Shown in pieces: positions 41,383-55,698 of a DNA stretch of 64,000 nucleotides (within the stretch, counting starts at the first letter, position 1; each line of letters starts with the position of its first letter). This stretch comes from Dictyostelium discoideum. Lineage: Eukaryota. The notes under the pieces are model-generated. The model ran no database searches. It saw nothing but the letters and a program-made list of their open reading frames with translations, and was not told where the DNA came from. The position numbers and the translations under genes are program-made. The stretch is taken from positions 3,648,001-3,712,000 of the forward strand of contig CM000154.2 of assembly GCA_000004695.1 (NCBI GenBank), written 5' to 3'.

Positions 41383-41896
41383 TTAACCAAAATACCTTAA
41401 AAACTTTAATTTTTTTATTTGATAACAAATTAATTTTCTTTTTTAAAATTATATTTATTTTATCAAAGAAAATTTTTTTTTTTTTATTTTTTTTACTTCT
41501 TTTTTTAATTTTAAAATTATGTTTATATTATTAAAATAAATTTTTTTTTTTTTTTTTTTTTTCCTTTTTTTCTTTAAAGATTTGTATAAATATTTATTTT
41601 GCAACAAATAACGACAATATTTTAACTGTATGTTTCTATTTATAACTTTTTTTTTTTTTTTTTTTTTTTTTAATTTTTATTTTTTTTCAAAATATCTCAA
41701 TTGATTTCTTTGAAAATATTTCTAAAAAGTTTTTTTTTTAATTTTTATTTTTATTTTTTTTTTTATTAAACAAAATTGCTTTGACAATTTTAATTCAATT
41801 TTTTTTAATTTTTTTTTTTAATTTTTTTTTTTTTTTTTTCTAACTCAAAATTAAAAAAAAATAATTTAAAGGATTTCTAAAAATTTTGAAAATTGT

Positions 41897-44063
<2,167 letters not shown>

Positions 44064-44216
44064 AATTAAAAAAAAATAAAAAAAATAAAAAGAATCTTGT
44101 ATATTATTATTATTTAAAAAAAGTAATTTAAAGTAACTTGTTCTCTCTCTCTCTCTCTCTCTCTTCTAAATACAATGTTTTATTTCTTTATTTTTATATG
44201 TATGTGTATATTTATT

Positions 44217-45170
44217 TTATTGTTTATTTAAATTCATTAAAAGGTTACCACTAGTTGGTACATAAGTAACTTGTTTTGATTTTGATAAAGATTCAGTGAT
44301 ATCTTTGTAAGCTTCAATACGACGTAATTCAATGAAAGCAGCACTATTACCCATAGCTTGACCAATAAGTTTTGCAGCTTCAGCTTCACCTTCAGCTCTA
44401 ATAATGTTTGCTTTTTTCTCTTGTTCATTTTTCATTACAATATATTTTGAACGTTCAGCTTCTTGTTGAGCAACTTGTTTATGTTCAATTGCATTTGTAA
44501 AATCTTGTGAAAAACTAAGATGTGTAATTGAAACATCATCTAATAATAAATTAAATTCTTTTGCTCTTTTCATTAATGATTCACGAATTTCTTTTGATAC
44601 AACTTCTCTTTGTGTAATTAATTCTGTTGCATCATATTGTGCCTTTTATTTTATTTTATTTTATTTTATTTTATTTTATTTTATTTTATTTTATTTTATT
44701 TTATATATATATATAAAGTATTAATGATATGATGTGATATATGATATATTGAGTGATTGAGATTGAGATTGATTACTTACAACAACAGATTTTAAAACTT
44801 CATTTCCAAGTGATGGTAAAATTCTTTCATCATAATCTAAACCTAATTTACTAAAGATTGATGGAAGATGTTCAACATCTGGTCTAAATAAAACACGAAC
44901 TGTGACACTTACAGTTTGAAGATCTTTACTACCAGTATCACTCTTTATGTTTCTTGGTGATGATCTAATATCGAAAATGATTGGTTTTTGTAACCATGGC
45001 ATAATGAAATGTGTACCTTCTCCAACTGATTTCTCTTTAACACCACTAATTCTATCGAAAATAACTGCTCTTTGTCCACCATCAACTGTATACATTGAAC
45101 TTTGTGCTAATGATAAACCAGTACCAACTGTAAGTGCAAGTGGTATAAGTTTATTTAAAAATGATTGCAT
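44217..45170 (-). CDS. phbA: Prohibitin (PHB1-type), complement(join(44217..44642,44781..45170))
   Basis: Exon 1 ..[96 protein letters not shown] with donor GTAAGT 44780-44775 (phase 0). The intron contains an (ATTTT)n microsatellite. Acceptor AG 44644-44643. Exon 2 [81 protein letters not shown]... About 60% identical to human PHB throughout. Confidence 0.9.
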
Positions 45171-45575
45171 CTTTTGTTTTGATTTTGAAACTTTTTATTG
45201 AATAATTATTATTATTATTATTATTATTATGTGTTTTATAAAGTTGCTATGAAAATTTATTAATAAATTTTTTTTTTTTTTTTAGAAGATGAATTTGAAG
45301 TGGAAATTAAAAAAATTAAAAATTAAAAAAAAATAAAAAATAAAAAAAAAATAAAAATAAAAAATTGGATGTGCGTAATTCCAACTTGTCAAATTCATCT
45401 CAAAAAAATTATTAATATTTATGTTATTCTTTAAAAATTTATTTTTAGTTTGTTTAAATATTTTAAAATAAATAAAATCATGATTAATTTACAAAAAAAA
45501 TTAAAATTATTCCAAGTTTATAAATAAATGAAAAATCGTAATTTATTTAAATATTAATTTTTAATTTTCATCAAA

Positions 45576-45648
45576 GCCCGTTTAGCAAAGTTGGAATTGC
45601 GGCAGCCTTCTAAGCTGCAGGTCGTGGGATCGAGACCCACAATGGGTG
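45576..45648 (+). tRNA. tRNA-Arg (anticodon UCU) with atypical T-loop; T5 terminator at 45653-45657 and external B box at 45682-45690
   Basis: GCCCGTT-TA-GCAA-AGTTGGAA-TTGC-G-GCAGC-CTTCTAA-GCTGC-AGGTC-GTGGG-ATCGAGA-CCCAC-AATGGGT-G. The anticodon stem and T-stem are perfect, U33 is present, and the anticodon is TCT (45609-45611). The acceptor stem has two G-U pairs. The T-loop reads ATCGAGA (A at position 54) where the human tRNA-Arg-TCT T-arm is GTGGGTTCGAGTCCCAC. Downstream aGGTTCGATGtc matches the dictyostelid external B box (GGTTCGAATCC-like). Confidence 0.6.
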
Positions 45649-45681
45649 AAACTTTTTAAAGGTGTACCAATAATGGTCGCA

Positions 45682-45690
45682 GGTTCGATG
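45682..45690 (+). promoter_or_regulatory. External B box (ex-B) downstream of tRNA-Arg
   Basis: GGTTCGATG lies 34 nt after the tRNA 3' end. A duplicated B-box-like element downstream of the gene body is a known feature of many Dictyostelium tRNA genes. Confidence 0.5.
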
Positions 45691-45764
45691 TCATATTAAA
45701 TCCAATTTATGTAAAGATCTTGGAAACGACCCTTATGGTCATCTCTTTATTGTAAAAAAAAAAA

Positions 45765-47080
45765 CCACAACAACACTACTTAAACCGCACCGCGATCAAG
45801 AGGATACAAGATACACGTGAAAAGTAATTCATCCTTTTCTATCCTTAATCTCGGTCAATTTTAACCAATCTTTCAAAAAAAATCACCAATCCACCACGAT
45901 CTACAGATCTAACTTACCAAATCGCCGATTCAAAGGAATCCCATCGAGATGAATTCCTACGCAGACGCGGCTAAAATGGCCAACCCCTCCACCCATATGG
46001 ACGAGGCATCAGAGAACTTCATTAAGGAATTCTCCACAAAAACAGCAGAGATAAAGGAGACCTACCCCAAATTATCAATAGGCCTCAAAGACATCTCCAA
46101 ATACTGCGAGACCATATTGAACATGACTGCTCTCTCAACCTACGAGAAAAACAACGGATTCTACCCAATTACACTCGAATTCCCCAAAATGGATCTCATG
46201 GGGTTAGAAGAAATGAGAAAAACACTCTCAAACTACGATATCCCAATCGACAAGATATACATAGGCAAAGGAACTAGAAAAACGATCCACCTGATGATTA
46301 AAAACGAACAATCTCTCCTAAATATCATTAGAGATAGAAGCAAATTGGGAACCTTCATCACCTCCAGTAGAGACTACCACGTCCTCACAGGAAGAGTAAG
46401 AATTCCAAGAGAAAAGGCAGGAATAGTGGACGCCCTCATCAAAACTGCCTTTGCAGAAGAAATACCCTATGCAATATACCATACTATATACTCCACCGAC
46501 CACCTCCTAGTATTCGGTCTAATAGAATGCAAAATAGGCGATCAAATGAAATCTGGCCAACACAATACAGAAATCGCCAACTTTACCATCAGAACGGCCA
46601 CCAAAACCTACTCCTCACAAAAGAAAAATAAGAAAGTAGAGTCAAACAACACGGAAGAACCATTAGAAGATGAGATGACAGATGATCCTCCCAACATCCA
46701 AAACAGGATAGCAATCAAATCCTCTCAACCAAAACCACAACAACAAACAAACAACNNNNNNNNNNNNNNNNNNNNNNNNNNNNNNNNNNNNNNNNNNNNN
46801 NNNNNNNNNNNNNNNNNNNNNNNNNNNNNNNNNNNNNNNNNNNNNNNNNNNNNNNCTTCAACGATCAAGCTAAGAAAAACAACAGCTAATTACTATTGTA
46901 TTCCAGAATCATCTCTCCCAAATATTATATCTTTTGATCAATTCATATGATTAAAATAACCCTTCAGCTTAAATGATAAGCCTTTAAATAAATATTAAAT
47001 AAAACTCGTATTAACACAGATGGACATATATCAATCTTGTTAATCTAATATTAAAAAAAAAAAAAAAAAAAAAAAATATT
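45765..47080 (+). mobile_element. TRE3-type (tRNA 3'-flank targeted) non-LTR retrotransposon, internally collapsed by assembly gap 46756-46855; ends in oligo(A)
   Basis: Base composition jumps from under 20% GC to about 40% at 45765, which is 117 bp downstream of tRNA-Arg and in the same orientation. ORF 45949..46755+ (MNSYADAAKMANPSTHMDEASENFIKEFSTKTAEIKETYPKLSIGLKDISKYCETILNMT...) has GC-rich, non-host codon usage (ATGGACGAGGCATCAGAGAACTTCATTAAGGAATTCTCC) and runs into the N-gap. After the gap a non-AT-rich tail ends in A23 at 47057-47079. The position and orientation relative to the tRNA fit the integration pattern of Dictyostelium TRE3 elements. Confidence 0.55.
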
Positions 47081-47826
47081 GTAAAAAAACATTAGAATTT
47101 ATAAATAAAACTATTAATGGACAAACAATAAAAAAAAAAAAAAAAAAAAATATTGTTATTCCATAAATAGTCTCCTTTGACCAATTAATTATATTGTAAA
47201 ATAATTTCATTATTTAATTTATCTATTTAATTCATTTAATTTTACCAACATATTTGAAACTGGATCTTAAAAAAGAAAAAAATAATTATTATAATTAGAA
47301 TAATACACTATATTTTAAAATTAAAATATAATGTAATTATTTTTAATTTGTAAAGTTTACTTTTTCCCCAATTTTTTTTTTTTTTATTTATTTCTCAATT
47401 TCCTAATACCTTTGAAAACTATTCCTTTTTCAAGTGTATTAATTAGTGGGGAATAATTAATAAAAACTATTTCTTTTTCAAATGTATCTAATTACACTGG
47501 AAAAAAAAAGAAATTAATAAATTTTATTATAAACAAATAAATTTAGTTATATACGTGGATGATTCCACAAAATAAATTGACGAAATTAGGATGGATTTTT
47601 CAGTTTTAAAAAAAAAAAAAAAAATTAAAAAAAAAAAAAAAAATACAATAATTTTTACGTGGAAAATTCTAAATAAAATAATTAATAAAAATTTAAATTC
47701 ATACTTAAAAAAAAAAAAAATAAATAAATAAAAAAAAAAAGAAATTTTAATTTCCAAAGAAAATTAATATCAGTCCTTTTACCAAAATTTTTTTATTTTC
47801 ACTTTTTTATTTTTTTTTAAAATTCG

Positions 47827-47882
<56 letters not shown>

Positions 47883-47902
47883 AAAGATTCCAAAATAATA
47901 AA

Positions 47903-49426
47903 ATGAACAAATTAATTAAAATCATTGTAATTTTTACAATTATTGTAAATGTAATTAATGGTTTAGCATATCCAAAATATAATGCAGAAGAATTAATATT
48001 GGATGGTAGTGGTAGTTTCCCAGCACAATGGTTCACTCAAACATTAGATCATTTTAATTTTCAAAATAATCAAACATTTCAACAAAAATATTATGTAAAT
48101 GATCAATATTATAACTATAAAAATGGTGGACCAATCATTTTATACATTAATGGTGAAGGTCCAGTTAGTTCACCACCATATTCTTCTGATGATGGTGTTG
48201 TAATTTATGCTCAAGCAGTAAGTAGTAATTCTACTAATTTTAAAATATTTAAATATTAAAAATTATATATATATATATATTAAAAATTTATAAAAAAAAT
48301 AAAAAAAAAGTTAAATTGTATGATTGTTACATTAGAACATAGATTTTATGGTGAATCATCACCATTTTCAGAATTAACAATTGAAAATTTACAATATCTT
48401 AGTCATCAACAAGCATTGGAAGATTTAGCAACATTTGTTGTTGATTTTCAAAGTAAACTTGTTGGTGCAGGTCATATTGTTACAATTGGTGGATCATATA
48501 GTGGAGCATTATCAGCATGGTTCCGTATAAAGTATCCACATATTACTGTTGGTTCAATTGCATCATCAGGTGTTGTACATTCAATTTTAGATTTCACTGC
48601 ATTCGATGCCTATGTATCATATGCTGTTGGTCCAGAATGTACAAAAGCACTTCAAGCTGTAACTAGTGCTGCTGAAGATGAATATTTTGCTGGAGGTATT
48701 AGAGAACAACAAATGAAACAAATACTTCAAGCTGAATCATTGGTTGATATTGGTGATTTCTTTTATTGGTTAGCCGATTCGATGATGGAGGGTGACCAAT
48801 ACGGCTACATAGATGAATTATGTAGTCCATTGGTTGACGCTATCAATAGCGGTACCAGTGGTATCGATTTGATTACAGTCTACTCCAATTACACTATCAA
48901 CACTTGGGGTAAAGTTTTAGGTACTCCAGATGAATATTCAACAGCTTGGCAACAAAATGTCACCTATGACCCATCAAAGAGTGCCGATAGAGCTTGGTGG
49001 TATCAAACTTGTAGTTCATTAGGTTGGATGCAAGCTGCACCATCTGAAAATTCAATTAGATCTTCATTGGTAAATATGACCTATTTCCAAACTCATTGTC
49101 AACAATTATTCGGTCAAGCCATTTGGCCTCCAAATGTAAATGCTGTAAATACTCAATACGGTGGTGATCAATCAAATCCATTATTGAATGCAGCTGGTAC
49201 TAATATTTTATTCACCAATGGTCATGCTGATCCATGGAGTCAAGCTTCAATCGTAAATTCAAATTATCCAAATGTTGAACCCTCTGCAATGACCACTTGT
49301 CGTAAATGTGGTCATTGTGTAGATTTAAGAGGTTGTCCAGGTGGTTGTGATTTACCAAATAATTTAGATCAAGTTAGATCACTTTCATTAAAATCAATTG
49401 CACAATGGTTAAATTTAAATAATTAA
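47903..49426 (+). CDS. Serine peptidase family S28 (prolylcarboxypeptidase / DPP7-like), secreted; join(47903..48217,48311..49426)
   Basis: Signal peptide MNKLIKIIVIFTIIVNVINGLA. QWFTQTLDHFNF..QTFQQKYYVNDQYY..GGPIILYINGEG. Donor GTAAGT 48218 (phase 0), acceptor AAAAAG 48310. Exon 2 LNCMIVTLEHRFYGESSPF (S28 motif LVFAEHRYYGES), catalytic GGSYSGALSAWFRIKYPH, and C-terminal ..ILFTNGHADPWS. Confidence 0.85.
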
Positions 49427-49609
49427 AAATAAAATAAAATATAAAATAAAATAAAAATTAAACAAATAATAATAATTTTTGTAAATCTATTTTTTTTATT
49501 TTATTTTATTTTTTTTTATGTTTTTCTTTTAAAATTTCAATTTCTTTTCATTTAAATTTTTATCAAAAATCATTTTATTTTTTAATCTAGATTAAAAATA
49601 GGTGACAAA

Positions 49610-49640
<31 letters not shown>

Positions 49641-50079
49641 GAAAGGGGTGAGAAATTAATTTTTGATCAGAAAAAAAAAAAAATATAAAAGCCAATAAAA
49701 AATAATTTATTAATCAATAATCATATATCTATTGAATTTCAAACAATAAATGCATTTTATTCAAAATGATGGTATCAAATTAAGTTATTTTTCAATCAAA
49801 AAAAGGTTCTAATTAAAAAAACTTTTGGAAAGTCGCTATCACTAACTTTGTGCACAGATATTTCCATTCACAGTATATAATAATGTAGGTAAATTAATAA
49901 AAAAAAAAAAAAAATTAATAATAATTATAATATTATATAATTAAATAAAAAACAACCCCTCTAATATTTTTTTTTTTTTTTTTTTTCTTCTCTCAATTAG
50001 TACACTAAATTTTAATACCTATCAAAAACATGGATTTATATTTTTTTTTTTTTAATATTTTAAGATAAATCATTGTTTA

Positions 50080-50408
50080 TTAAATCCAATAAACTATATT
50101 ATTTTATAATTTATAAAAAAAAAGTCAAATATCTCCAAACTCGTCTCTATTGGTCTTTATCTTTCTTTAAAAACTTAAATCATTGTTTACAAATTGCAGT
50201 AAACAACATTTCGTTACAGTTAAGGGAAATAATATTCAAAAGAACAAACAAAAACAAAAACAACAACAGCAACAACAAATTCTTTCAAACTTGTCTCTCA
50301 TGTGCTGTCTCTTTTCTTTAAAAACTTAAATCACAGTTTACAAATTGCAGTAAACTATATTTCGTTACAATCAAAGGAAAAAATGGTGCAAAGAACAAAA
50401 ATAAAAAG

Positions 50409-50465
<57 letters not shown>

Positions 50466-50580
50466 TCTTTCAAACTTGTTTCTCGTTCGCTGTCTCTTTT
50501 CTTTAATAACTTAAACCATAGTTTACAAATTGCAGTAAACTACATTTCGTTATAATAAAATTAAAAAATAGTGGTAAGAA
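50080..50580 (+). repeat. Tandem ~150-bp satellite, about 3.3 units, each with a dyad-symmetric core GTTTACAAATTGCAGTAAAC and a variable (CAA)n/(AAC)n tract
   Basis: Units start near 50130, 50283 and 50466: CT[T/C]CAAAC[T/C][C/T]GT[C/T]TCT..TGTCTCTTTTCTTTAA[A/T]AACTTAAA[T/C]CA[T/C/A][T/A]GTTTACAAATTGCAGTAAAC[A/T]A[C/T]ATTTCGTTA[C/T]A... A partial unit lies at 50073-50130. GTTTAC/GTAAAC are reverse complements with an 8-nt spacer. The (CAA)17 tract is at 50410-50463. Confidence 0.7.
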
Positions 50581-50711
50581 ACAACAACAAAAAGAAGAAC
50601 AAAAAATTAATAAATTTAATCTTTTACGTCTCTTATGAGATTTAATTTAAACATATTATTTTCAATTTTTATTAATTTAAATTTATATTATCATTTTTAA
50701 ATTTCATTATT

Positions 50712-50759
<48 letters not shown>

Positions 50760-51101
50760 TTATTGATAATTGTTTATTTGATGTTGAAGGTGGAATTTTT
50801 AATTCAATTCTTTTGATATCTTCTGGTGGATTTCAAATGACAATAGCAGAAGTTTTTAAAAGAATTAGACCAAAAATACCACCCTTGATGTCTAATATAC
50901 AAAAAATGAATGTAAATAATTAAATTCCAGATCAAAAATATATATTTATACGTATATATGAATGATTACATTCATTTTTATGATATGATTTGCATATTTT
51001 TGGTGTTCTATTTATCTAAACTAATTCATAATAAAAACAATTAAAATTAAAAAAAAAATTGAAGGATAAATAATTAAATTTTAAAAATAAAATTTAAGAT
51101 T

Positions 51102-51136
<35 letters not shown>

Positions 51137-51323
51137 TCTGATTTGTTAATGTTTTTATAATAAAATAATGTAAATTTAAAAAAAAAAAACCAATCAATTT
51201 CAACCTTTTTTGAAAAAAATAAAATAAAATAAAAAAAATAAAAATTAAAGTATTATTTACAAATTTATTTAAGTATTAAGTATTTACAAATCAATTATTT
51301 ATTATTTTTTTTTTTTATAATTT

Positions 51324-51375
<52 letters not shown>

Positions 51376-52825
51376 ACATATTAAAGGATTAACAATAATT
51401 TTTGTTAATGTTGATATATCAGTTGTTGAGATTTGATTTTTATTGAAATCAGCAAAAGATGAACTTGTATTATTGTTTACATTTTTATCTATTATTTTAT
51501 TATTTAAATTAAAGTTTATTATGTTTTCTGTAATTTTGTAAATAATATTTAATAAAATATTAATATTTTTTTTATTTAAAAAAAAAAAAAAATTATTAAT
51601 TATTAAGTAAAAAAAAAAAATTAAACATACTTAATATCATTTTATTTTATTTTTAATTTAAATTATTATTTAATTATTATTTATTTATTTTTTTTTAAAA
51701 AATATTTATATATATTAATATATTTTTTTAAGTAAAAATATATATTATTTTTATTATTATTATTATAAATTATAAAAAATATTATATAAACAAATAAAAA
51801 TTCTTTTATTTAAATAGTAACAACATCAATTAAATTTATTTTTATTTTTATTTTTTTTTTAATTTTAAAAAAAAAATTAAAAATAATAATATTTACATAA
51901 ATAAAATACTAATAATAAAATTATTATTATTATTTTTATTAATATCATTATTATTATTATTATTATTACAATAAAAAATATCATCATCAACCTCAAAAAT
52001 TAAAAATTCACATTTCAAATATTTAAATCTTTACTACCCACATTCTCTAAAAATAAATCAAACAATCCTAGTTTAAAAAAAAAAATAAAAAAAAAAAAAA
52101 AAATTATATATATAAATAAAAATTTAAAAATTTAAAAAATTTAAATAACAAACAAGTAATACATAAATAATAATGGTATATTAAAAAACCATAAACCTAT
52201 ATTTAAAAAAAAAATTATCATTATAATTATTATTATCATAATAATATTGGTATTAAAATCTTATACACAAAAGTATTTTTTTTTTTCTTTTTTTATTTGT
52301 TTTTTTTTTTTTAAAATTTTAAAATAAATAAAAAATTAAAAAAAAAAACAATAAATAATCTTATATATAGAATAAGTTAAAATGTTACCCCATGTAAGTG
52401 TGTGGGTTATGTTTGTTGTTTTTTTTTTTGTTTTGCTAGATTTTTTACATTTATAGGGTGTATGAAAAATGAAATTAGATTTAAGTGGGTGTGTTTAAGT
52501 GGGGGTTAGAATTTTGGTTATTGTATTAGGATTCTTTTGGTTATAGAAGGTGGGGGAAGTGGTTAAACTTTAAATTCAACAATTTCTCTAAATTGAAATT
52601 GTTGTTGTTATATTTAGATTTTTTATTTTTAATTAAAACTTTTTTACATTTTGTAGTTGTTTTAATATTATTTACATTTATAGTTTTTTTACACCATAAT
52701 AAATATTAACTTGCTTTTCAATTTTAATAATCTTTATCTTAATTTAATTTTTGATATTCCCAATACCTTTTTTGGTTTAAATTTTTTTTTTTTAAAAAAT
52801 TAATAAATAAATAAAATAAAATAAA

Positions 52826-54135
52826 ATGGACAGTAATTTAATTAATTGGCTAAAAAAGTGTTCTGAATCTATATTAGATTCTCTGATAATAATTTCAAGG
52901 AATGAAATATTTATATCAAAAGAAAATCTTATTGATTTTTGCAAATCAAAATGGTAAAATATATATATTTATGTTTAAATAAAAAAATAAATAAATAAAT
53001 AAATAAATAATTTTAATATTTATTAACTATAATTATAAATTTTAAATAAAAAAAAAACAAAAATTTAAAGTTATAAAAAAATTGGATTAGGTGAAGATCA
53101 ATTTAGATTATTAAAAAATGAAATATCAATATCATTAGAAAATCATTTTAGAAATGAAAATGAATTAATATTATATAAATATGAACCCGTTAAAGAAATA
53201 AATTTAAAATTTGAAACAACAATTAGAGAATTGATTGAAAATAATATAAAATTAAATCAAATGAGGTTTATTAAAAATAATAATGAAAATAATGAAAATA
53301 ATAATAATAATAATAATGAAAATAATAATAATAATAATGAAGTTAGAATTGATTTAAATAAATATATTCAAAATGGTAATGATAATAATAATAAAAATAA
53401 TAATATTAAAGAAGATTCAGAAATTCAAAAACCAAATAATGAAATTTTAGTTATTGAATTAATACCAAGAAAATGTGATTCCTATTTTTATTATGAAATT
53501 CCATTAATAATTGCAGGTTGTATGACAGCAAAAGAATATTCAAATTTTATTAAAACAATTAATAGAGCCTATAGTGGATATTGGATATTATTTTTAATTT
53601 ATTCTTCGTATGCAATTTCAATTTTAGCCATTGTAATAACAATACCATATTACAAAGCATTTCCAATTTGGTTAATATTTTTTGGTGCAATGATTTTATT
53701 TTCAATATTTCTTTTAATTTATAGATTATTTTTAAGAGTAATTATTAAAAAAAAAGAATTTTTTATTTTTATTTCTATTTAGTTTTTATTTTATTTTATT
53801 TTTATTTTGTATATTAATCAATTTTTAATTTAAATAATAATAATAATANNNNNNNNNNNNNNNNNNNNNNNNNNNNNNNNNNNNNNNNNNNNNNNNNNNN
53901 NNNNNNNNNNNNNNNNNNNNNNNNNNNNNNNNNNNNNNNNNNNNNNNNATAGAAAATTATTGAAAAATCAGTACCACTTGAATTTCATATTGTTTATAAA
54001 AAGAAAAAGTTCCCTCAAACTAAAAATACAATGACAATGATAATTCACTATTTTTATAACTCTAAAAATACAAATGTTACAAATAATATTTACAATGAAG
54101 AATCTCAAATGAAAATTAATGAAATTGATGTTTAA
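52826..54135 (+). CDS. Small 2-TM membrane protein, paralog A of a 3-gene tandem family: join(52826..52953,53071..53737,~53953..54135); intron 2 contains assembly gap 53849-53948
   Basis: Exon 1 MDSNLINWLKKCSESILDSLIIISRNEIFISKENLIDFCKSK(W), donor TG|GTAAAA 52954 (phase 2). Acceptor TTTAAAG 53070. Exon 2 CYKKIGLGEDQFRLLKNE...ELIPRKCDSYFYYEIPLIIAGCMTAKEYSNFIKTINRAYSGYWILFLIYSSYAISILAIVITIPYYKAFPIWLIFFGAMILFSIFLLIYRLFLR, donor AGA|GTAATT 53738. Probable exon 3 ..KIIEKSVPLEFHIVYKKKKFPQTKNTMTMIIHYFYNSKNT..* is homologous to the terminal exons of paralogs B and C. Confidence 0.55.
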
Positions 54136-54309
54136 AAAAAATAAATAAAATGATTAAAAATATTTTTGAAATTTTCCTATTGTTTTTATTTATTACCTTA
54201 AAAAAAATATATTTAGAATTTTTACTAAAAAATTAAAAAATTAAGTAATTGTGTGTTTAGGGTGCAATTTAAAAAAAAAAAAAAAAAAATTAAAAAAAAT
54301 TTTATAACT

Positions 54310-55492
54310 ATGGAAAGTAACATTATAAATTGGATATATAACAGTAATGAATTTATATTGGATATTTTACTATCTTTATCAAAGAATGGTTTTTATATAT
54401 CAAAGTCAAGTTTAAAAAAATTAATTAATTCACCAAATAAAATGTAACTATATTAAATTAGAAAAAAATAAAAAAAAAAAATATCTTAATTTGTAATTTT
54501 ATTTTTTTAAATATTTATAATAATATTTATATTTTATAAAATATTATTATTTATTAGTTTACTAATAACAGTTTGTTAAATTTTTTTTTTGGTAAAATAC
54601 TATTTCTTGAAATGATTTACCTAAAATTTAAAAAAGATATAAATATAAATTAGAAATTGAAAATTATTATATTTTAAAAAAAGTATTTGAAAATTATTAT
54701 TTTAATAGTTCAGAAAAAAGTGAACAAATTACATTAATTAATTTAGATTTTATAAATGATAAAGAAAAAATTAATACCTGTAATGTAATAAATGTAATAA
54801 TAATTAACAATATATGTTTAAACCAAAGACATATAATTAGAGTAACAGAAGAAAGTAGAATTGATCCAAATGGGGTTAAATATGAAATAATTCCAAAAAA
54901 TTATAAAAGCTATTTCGATAAGAAATTACCATTAGAACTGTCACATTTAATATCAAGTAATCAATATATTAATTTTATAAAATCTATTAATTCTGCTTAT
55001 AATGGTCATTGGATTAAATTTTTAGTAATTTTTTTTTATATTATTGGTTTAATGGTTTATTTAATTTTATTAAAAAAAAACATTTTACCAAATCAATCTT
55101 GGATTTTTATTGTAGTTTTATCCTCAATTAGTTTTTCATTAATTATTTTTCATTTAATATATTCACATTTAATTAAGGTAATTTTATTTTTTTAAAAAAT
55201 AAAAAAAAAAAAAAAAAATTGAAAAAATTAAAAAAAAAAAAAAAGATATTAATCATTTTTTATTAAAATTAAAAAAAATAAGTATATTATAATTAAAAAA
55301 ATAATATATGAATTTAATAAAAAATTAATATTTCAAATGAACTATAGTGATTTTCATAAATTTATTGAATTTAAATTGATAAGGAAAAAAAAAAAATTCA
55401 TTCAAACAAATGATAAAATAACATTGGAATTTGTTTATTACCCAAGAAATTCAATTAATAATAATAATAATATAAATGAGTTTAATTTATAA
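54310..55492 (+). CDS. Small 2-TM membrane protein, paralog B: join(54310..54443,54709..55177,~55348..55492)
   Basis: Exon 1 MESNIINWIYNSNEFILDILLSLSKNGFYISKSSLKKLINSPNK, donor AT|GTAACT 54444 (phase 2). Acceptor TTTTAATAG 54708. Exon 2 ISEKSEQITL...GVKYEIIPKNYKSYFDKKLPLELSHLISSNQYINFIKSINSAYNGHWIKFLVIFFYIIGLMVYLILLKKNILPNQSWIFIVVLSSISFSLIIFHLIYSHLIK, donor AAG|GTAATT 55178 (phase 0). Terminal exon DFHKFIEFKLIRKKKKFIQTNDKITLEFVYYPRNSINNNNN..* after acceptor TATAG 55347. Its conserved frame is offset by 1 nt from the phase-0 donor, so the junction is unresolved. Confidence 0.5.
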
Positions 55493-55698
55493 TAATCATT
55501 AGTAAATAAAAATGATTAGTTTAAAATTTATAATATATCAGGTGTTTTTTTATTTTCTTTTTTTAAACCCTTTTTTTTTTTTTTTTTTATTTTTTTTTTT
55601 TTTTTCTATTTTACCACTTTTTTTTTTTACCACTTTTTTTTTTTTCCAAATTTCCTCAAGATAATTTTATAATATAATTTACGTTTTAATTATTTAAA

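Noticed and set aside
44640-44705. (ATTTT)n repeat 44645-44704 as a standalone feature
   Set aside because: It lies inside the prohibitin intron, so it is noted there rather than reported separately.
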